A stretch of 32,000 nucleotides of DNA, from positions 1 to 32,000 of the forward strand of contig CAYRPF010000031.1 in the NCBI GenBank assembly GCA_964426185.1. The letters are read 5' to 3'. The translations under genes and the position numbers were made by a program. The DNA is from an uncultured archaeon (lineage in GTDB: Archaea; Asgardarchaeota; Lokiarchaeia; Sigyniarchaeales; Promethearchaeaceae). Below are positions 26,928-32,000 of this stretch, one piece after another. Each line of letters opens with the position of its first letter. The first letter of the stretch is position 1. The notes below the pieces were generated by a model. It was not told the DNA's origin. It searched no databases and worked only from the letters and a program-made list of their open reading frames with translations.

Positions 26928-27527
26928 TCAACTAATACTACATAAATACCATGCCGAATAACTTTCAGAATTCGGCAAAATCACCACATTTTTAAAAATC
27001 TTATAAAAGTCTTCAGGAACTTGGCGAATGAAATTAAAATAATCACCATGTTCGATCCATTCAATAATTGAGACAAAAATATTTCTTTTGTTTGAATAAT
27101 CGTGAAAAAGAACATATTTTTTAGTTAATCTGGCAGCTTCTTGATAGATTATTTCTCGTTCTTTGAGTTGAAAACCATGAATAACATTCGCACCAATCAC
27201 TAAATCGAAAGAATTACTCTCAAAAGGAAAATAAGGGGTTAAAAGATCTACGTTTATAACCGACAAGTAATTGTTATTCGCCTTTTGTAGCATTCGATGA
27301 GAACTGTCAATTCCTATCACTTCAAAACCGAGTTCTTGAAAAGCAAGCCCAAAAGCTCCTGTGCCGCATCCCAAATCAAGAATTTTTGCCCCAGGTGAAA
27401 GTCCAAGTTTGTGCTTATATAATTTAAGGTATTTTCGATACGTTCTAAGCTGGGAATGAAAAAATAACTGATAAAAGGGCGCAATCAGATCAAACAACTT
27501 TTTGTGAAATAAATATCTCAATTTCAT
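26928..27527 (-). CDS. Class I SAM-dependent methyltransferase
   Basis: Motifs ILDLGCGTG, GIDSS..ML, PFESNSFDLV and VIHG. Confidence 0.92.
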   Translation of the reverse strand: MKLRYLFHKKLFDLIAPFYQLFFHSQLRTYRKYLKLYKHKLGLSPGAKILDLGCGTGAFGLAFQELGFEVIGIDSSHRMLQKANNNYLSVINVDLLTPYFPFESNSFDLVIGANVIHGFQLKEREIIYQEAARLTKKYVLFHDYSNKRNIFVSIIEWIEHGDYFNFIRQVPEDFYKIFKNVVILPNSESYSAWYLCSIS

Positions 27528-27628
27528 GACAATTCAAGTAAAATAAATTTAGTAGGACTTAAAAAAGAATGGTTTGAAAGAAATACTAAAGAAAAAGAGA
27601 AGAAAAAAGCATGAAAATTGAATAAATG

Positions 27629-30600
27629 CTAGAGCGATCTTAATTTATCCAACACTTTTTGAATAGATGAAGTGGATTTCTTAACCAACTTTACTTCTTC
27701 ACCCACAAATTGCCTTTGATATTCGAATCTACGCTTTATCTGTTCAATATTTGCTTCAATTAACCGCTTCATACTGGGAGATATGGCTGAAATTTCAGCA
27801 TCAAACACCAAAAAAGGAAAATTCTGATCGTAGAATATCGGTTTTAATATTGCCTGTGATGCCCGATATGGTAGACAAAACTGAGGCCCAATTAAAATCA
27901 GACCATCGTATATTCCATCTTCCAATATCTCTATTCCCTTTCCGACTGTTAGGACTCCTTCTCCGAAAATCTGGGGATTTAAGTATTTACCCGCATTTTT
28001 AACGATTCTGATTATGTCATTTGGAGGTGCGAATAAAAGATTGGTTTTAGCAAATCGTTTACGTAATTTATGGTCGATCTGTCTGGTATATTTGTAAACT
28101 AATTGGCTGGCATAGTACCCCGCATAAAAGTTTTTCCAAATACGATCTTTACCCTGAAATTTAGCCCGCATTTTATTAACATATTTAAATTTACTTGGTG
28201 GATTGATCAAACTTCCAAATGGAATTCCATAGGCAAATAATTCAAATAGATCTGTTGATTTAACTAAAATACCTTGACTGGTATAAAACTTTTTCAATTC
28301 GTTTAAGAAGAAGGGGCTGAATCGGACAAAGAAATCTCCAGAGAGAATTACCTTAGGAACATCATAGGGTGATTTCTCAATCGGAATCGTGGCAATTTGA
28401 TCAACCAATCGATCAACAAGCTCATCAAACTTGGATAATGAGTTATAATCCCGCAAAAATTCTTTCCAATATTTTTGAAGAAGTTTCAGACAATCAAGGC
28501 CGCCCACAACTTCTAAAGTGCTTTGAATATCGGTAATAATATCACCCAAAATCAATATTTTAGGAGCATTTTGGACAACTGTTGTCAATTTTGTCCCCAT
28601 AAAATTGGTATTTTTGCCAAAATCAAAGAAAAATACATCGGAAATCTGGTTTTTCTTAAGAAAATCTTTGATATATTGCTCATAACTGAAAACCACACAA
28701 GGTTCTCCACCTCGAAGAATAAAATATCCAATTATTTCTCCCGGTTCACGCTGGCGAACTAAATGCAGTATATGACCGAGTACAACAGGCATAGGAACAC
28801 ATTCTTTTCCAGAACAATACTTCAATCCTTCAACGGGATAACTTAATTTAATATCTCCAGTGGATCCAACGTTATAACCCAAATTTTCGAGGAGCTTTTC
28901 GGCAATATCAGTATGATTGGGAGAAAAGGGAAAGAGATGAATTTTTACATTTGGACTAAAAATATCTACTTCTTCGCCAGAACTTCGTCTAATAAAGGTT
29001 TGGCCATTTTTATTCAGCACTTCGGCAATGCGGAATTCAAGGGTTTCTGGATCATGATGTTGCAGGCGGAAATTCTTAATAATTTCTAAAAAGGCTTCTA
29101 CTCGGGTTTGTGTACCGGCATCAGCCATATGTGCATCTAATTCCATGAAAAGATATGGTTTATAGCCCATTTGAGTCCGAGCCCAATGTTGAATGAACGC
29201 ATCAATAGTACAACTGAAATTATTGATATATAGCAAGAATAAATTATCATGCTGTTTAACCAGATTTACTGCCTCAGTAACATAGTTTGCAAAATACCAC
29301 GGAGTTTCAGATTCTGATTGCGGTGTAAGAAAATCGAAAGGAATCACTTGAACGCCCATACTGGTCAATTTTTTAGGGATAGATTGAGAAGTTTCTTTGG
29401 GATAAATATTATAGCTCCTACCAACAACAATAATTCCAGTTTGACCCGATTCAATTATTTCTCGTAAGATTTTCTTACCTTTTTCCTGAATAATGGATTC
29501 AAACTTTTCTTGGGCATCTACTGCTTTATCATAAGCTAAACGGGCTTGTTCTTCGCTTACATGCAACTCTAACTTTGCCATCTCCACTAAAACATCTGTA
29601 GAAGAATAACCAGCACTGAAATCTAATTCCGGTGTTAGAAAAACAGTATGTTCAAAAATTTGTGGTATCATGTAGGGACCCGATTGGGTAATGGGACAAA
29701 AAGTTGAACTATACCATTTGTCAGCCTTTTTTAATCTAACAATATGCGGAGTAAAGATCAAATTAACGCCTTTTTTGACCAAATCCGAGACCGCTCCATG
29801 AAAAATCTGCATTGGATAGCACAAGGGTGCATTTGGGATTAAAGCAAAATCAGGATCAATATCGGATAAGATTGGTCTGTACCCCAACTCTTTAAAAAAG
29901 GTGGAAAATAACGGATAAACGCTATGTGTTAATAAAGCGCGAGGGATTCCAATAATTTTTTCTTTATATTCATAAAATTGGTCGTCAACCTTAGAATTTT
30001 CTTGTTCATCGGTTGATGAAAACATTAATTTTGTTCGATAGGAAACTAAATCTTCGCATTCTTCCGCTGATTGGCTTTGTCGCCATATGTGTTCATACCG
30101 GGTGCATTTTCCCCCAAAAGGAAATTTACGGTCTCCCACCTTATAACGTTCAATTTGACAGAAATTTTGGCAAGACTTGCATGTAAAGGATCCCAGATGC
30201 TCTAGAGGTGTGGCAATAAGTTGGTCCAAGGTGGTTCCTGGAGGCATGGCACTAATTTCGCCAGCAGCATATTTAGCTTCGCTAATCAATGCAATACCAA
30301 ATGCCCCCATCAGTTCTGGAAAAGGAGGTATTACAATTTCTCGCCCAGTTACTTGAGCAAAGGCATTACCTACTGCCTTATTTTTTGCAACCCCGCCTTG
30401 AAGAAAGATTTTTTTTCCAATAGGACGAGTTCCCTTTACTTTGTTTAAGTAATTATTTACAATGGAATAAACTAAACCTGCAATGATTTCTGAGCGAGAA
30501 TATCCTTCTTGCAGAGCAGTACGAATATCTGAATTGATAAATGCAGCACAATCTGCTTTAAATCGAACGGCTCTAGGTGATTCTAATGCAACATCTCCAA

Positions 30601-31993
30601 TATCAAATACGGTAACACCTAAATCACATTTTGCACTTTCTTCTAAAAATGAACCCGTCCCTGCAGAACATGAAGCGTTCATTGCATAGTCTACTGGCAC
30701 ACCGTTAGCAAGGAACATATATTTCGCATCTTGACCTCCGATTTCAAAAATGGTATCCACTTCTGGATCAAAGAATGACGCACCTTCTGAATGTGCTGAA
30801 ATTTCGTTATATACCGAAGATGTACCTAAATAAGCAGCAACCATTTGCCTTCCAGAACCGGTTACACCCACCAAGTGTATTGATACTGATCCTACTTGGG
30901 AGATAATTTCTTGAATGCACTTTCGAGTTGCTTCAATAGGATTACCATTAGTCCGACCGTAGTGTGAAGCTAGGATTTTTCGATCTTTTAGATGATATAA
31001 TACAGCTTTAGTTGTGGTAGAACCAACATCAATTCCTAGGACATAAGGTTGCATTGGATCAAGTTTTTGGGAAATTTCTTTAGATAAAGTATTTGTGATA
31101 CCTCTTGAAAGAGACATTTGTTTGACTAAATTGCTATATTCAGCGAGAGATGGTAAAATTGAAAATGTTTGATTAATTTTTACCATGGGTTTCGAGTTAA
31201 TGGGCTTATCTTTTACTAATAAAGCAGTTCCATAAGCTTCAAAAACCGAAGAATAAAGATGATTGATAATTTCTGTTTCAGGAAGAGAATTGCGTAGTTG
31301 TTTTAATACAACACGATTTAGAGTAAGCCCCCCAACCACTAATAATTTTTGTACAGATACGCGTGATTGATGCACCATCGCAATCCCTTTATTTATCATA
31401 TTGGAAATTAGGGAAGATAAAATATCTTCAATAGAGGCTTCACCCCGGTTTAGTTTATGAGTTACATCTGATTTACAATGCACAGAACATCTTGACGCTA
31501 TCTGAATTTTTTTACCTTTATCCGCTAAATCAATAGCCTCTTCTAAGCTAAGATCCAAGCGTTCGATTTGCTGGAGAAAAAATTCACCCGAACCTGCTGC
31601 ACACTTATCTTGAGATAAAATGTTGACTACATGACCTTTTTCATTCAAAATATAAAGAACAAAAGCTTCTCCACCCAATGAAAGAACGGCATCTATCTGT
31701 TCGGAAATTTCTTGAACGCCACGTTCAATGGCTTGTACTTCTGAGATCTCACCGAAAGTGCCTGAAATCTCAAAATATGAAGGAATGTGAGAATTGATTA
31801 ATTGATTAGTTTCTAAAATTGAATTTAATACCACTTGAGGCTTGCCCAAATGAGCTTGTTTTTTACTGTGAATATATCCTTCTTTATCTATCCAAGCAAC
31901 ATTAACAGAAACTGCACCAATATTTATCCCAACGCAATTATACTCATCTCTCTTAATGATTAAATTCTGAGAGTGATCGGTTTCTCTTTGCAT
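27629..31993 (-). CDS. Multidomain CoA-substrate-specific enzyme activase (2x BcrAD/BadFG ATPase + DUF2229 + dehydratase-like C-terminus)
   Basis: Domain 1 has KCAAGSG and RCSVHC. Domain 2 has GIDVGSTTTK, EIGGQDAK, CSAGTG and DCAAF. These are followed by CKSCQNFC, GIPRAL, FSCTID, ELDAH..DAG..TRVEAF, GKECVP and GPQFCLP. Confidence 0.92.
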   Translation of the reverse strand: MQRETDHSQNLIIKRDEYNCVGINIGAVSVNVAWIDKEGYIHSKKQAHLGKPQVVLNSILETNQLINSHIPSYFEISGTFGEISEVQAIERGVQEISEQIDAVLSLGGEAFVLYILNEKGHVVNILSQDKCAAGSGEFFLQQIERLDLSLEEAIDLADKGKKIQIASRCSVHCKSDVTHKLNRGEASIEDILSSLISNMINKGIAMVHQSRVSVQKLLVVGGLTLNRVVLKQLRNSLPETEIINHLYSSVFEAYGTALLVKDKPINSKPMVKINQTFSILPSLAEYSNLVKQMSLSRGITNTLSKEISQKLDPMQPYVLGIDVGSTTTKAVLYHLKDRKILASHYGRTNGNPIEATRKCIQEIISQVGSVSIHLVGVTGSGRQMVAAYLGTSSVYNEISAHSEGASFFDPEVDTIFEIGGQDAKYMFLANGVPVDYAMNASCSAGTGSFLEESAKCDLGVTVFDIGDVALESPRAVRFKADCAAFINSDIRTALQEGYSRSEIIAGLVYSIVNNYLNKVKGTRPIGKKIFLQGGVAKNKAVGNAFAQVTGREIVIPPFPELMGAFGIALISEAKYAAGEISAMPPGTTLDQLIATPLEHLGSFTCKSCQNFCQIERYKVGDRKFPFGGKCTRYEHIWRQSQSAEECEDLVSYRTKLMFSSTDEQENSKVDDQFYEYKEKIIGIPRALLTHSVYPLFSTFFKELGYRPILSDIDPDFALIPNAPLCYPMQIFHGAVSDLVKKGVNLIFTPHIVRLKKADKWYSSTFCPITQSGPYMIPQIFEHTVFLTPELDFSAGYSSTDVLVEMAKLELHVSEEQARLAYDKAVDAQEKFESIIQEKGKKILREIIESGQTGIIVVGRSYNIYPKETSQSIPKKLTSMGVQVIPFDFLTPQSESETPWYFANYVTEAVNLVKQHDNLFLLYINNFSCTIDAFIQHWARTQMGYKPYLFMELDAHMADAGTQTRVEAFLEIIKNFRLQHHDPETLEFRIAEVLNKNGQTFIRRSSGEEVDIFSPNVKIHLFPFSPNHTDIAEKLLENLGYNVGSTGDIKLSYPVEGLKYCSGKECVPMPVVLGHILHLVRQREPGEIIGYFILRGGEPCVVFSYEQYIKDFLKKNQISDVFFFDFGKNTNFMGTKLTTVVQNAPKILILGDIITDIQSTLEVVGGLDCLKLLQKYWKEFLRDYNSLSKFDELVDRLVDQIATIPIEKSPYDVPKVILSGDFFVRFSPFFLNELKKFYTSQGILVKSTDLFELFAYGIPFGSLINPPSKFKYVNKMRAKFQGKDRIWKNFYAGYYASQLVYKYTRQIDHKLRKRFAKTNLLFAPPNDIIRIVKNAGKYLNPQIFGEGVLTVGKGIEILEDGIYDGLILIGPQFCLPYRASQAILKPIFYDQNFPFLVFDAEISAISPSMKRLIEANIEQIKRRFEYQRQFVGEEVKLVKKSTSSIQKVLDKLRSL

Positions 31994-32000
31994 CTTATAT

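Noticed and set aside
1-32000. tRNA/rRNA genes, IS elements, integrases and selenoprotein recoding
   Set aside because: No GC-rich structural-RNA segments, transposase or integrase motifs, terminal inverted repeats or UGA-interrupted genes were seen by eye. A tRNAscan-SE/Infernal scan would be needed to exclude small RNAs.

Overview
AT-rich, gene-dense archaeal chromosomal window with no rRNA, tRNA, CRISPR array or recognisable mobile element. The gene content points to an Asgard archaeon, most likely Lokiarchaeia/Promethearchaeota (inference). Supporting features are a Rab-like small GTPase, a form IV RuBisCO-like protein, a bacterial-type FAD glycerol-3-phosphate dehydrogenase, a standalone 7TM protein, small Zn-ribbon proteins, GGTGA/GGAG ribosome-binding sites and oligo-T terminators. 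Most genes are ordinary metabolic or accessory genes (EamA, cupin, M20 peptidase, PhzF, gamma-CA, Zn-ADH, DUF401, two MBL-fold proteins, MtnA, a ChlI-like AAA+ ATPase, a methyltransferase and a 1454-aa CoA-activase). The most interesting region is about 24.5-26.9 kb. It holds a two-domain GNAT that aligns by eye along its length with eukaryotic N-myristoyltransferase (NMT). Divergent from it is a 107-aa protein ending in Gly-Gly (candidate ubiquitin-like modifier), followed by a RimJ/RimL N-acetyltransferase. Together these may form a protein-modification locus. A Lys/Arg-rich Zn-ribbon protein at 13.1-13.6 kb has a plausible alternative start giving MGARKT, which matches the myristoylation consensus. 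The window also contains a 57-aa Zn-ribbon gene missed by the ORF track, a probable frameshifted gene, a Cys4-inserted winged-helix regulator and a degenerate Ddl-like ATP-grasp protein. All homology calls come from motif recognition by eye; no searches were run.
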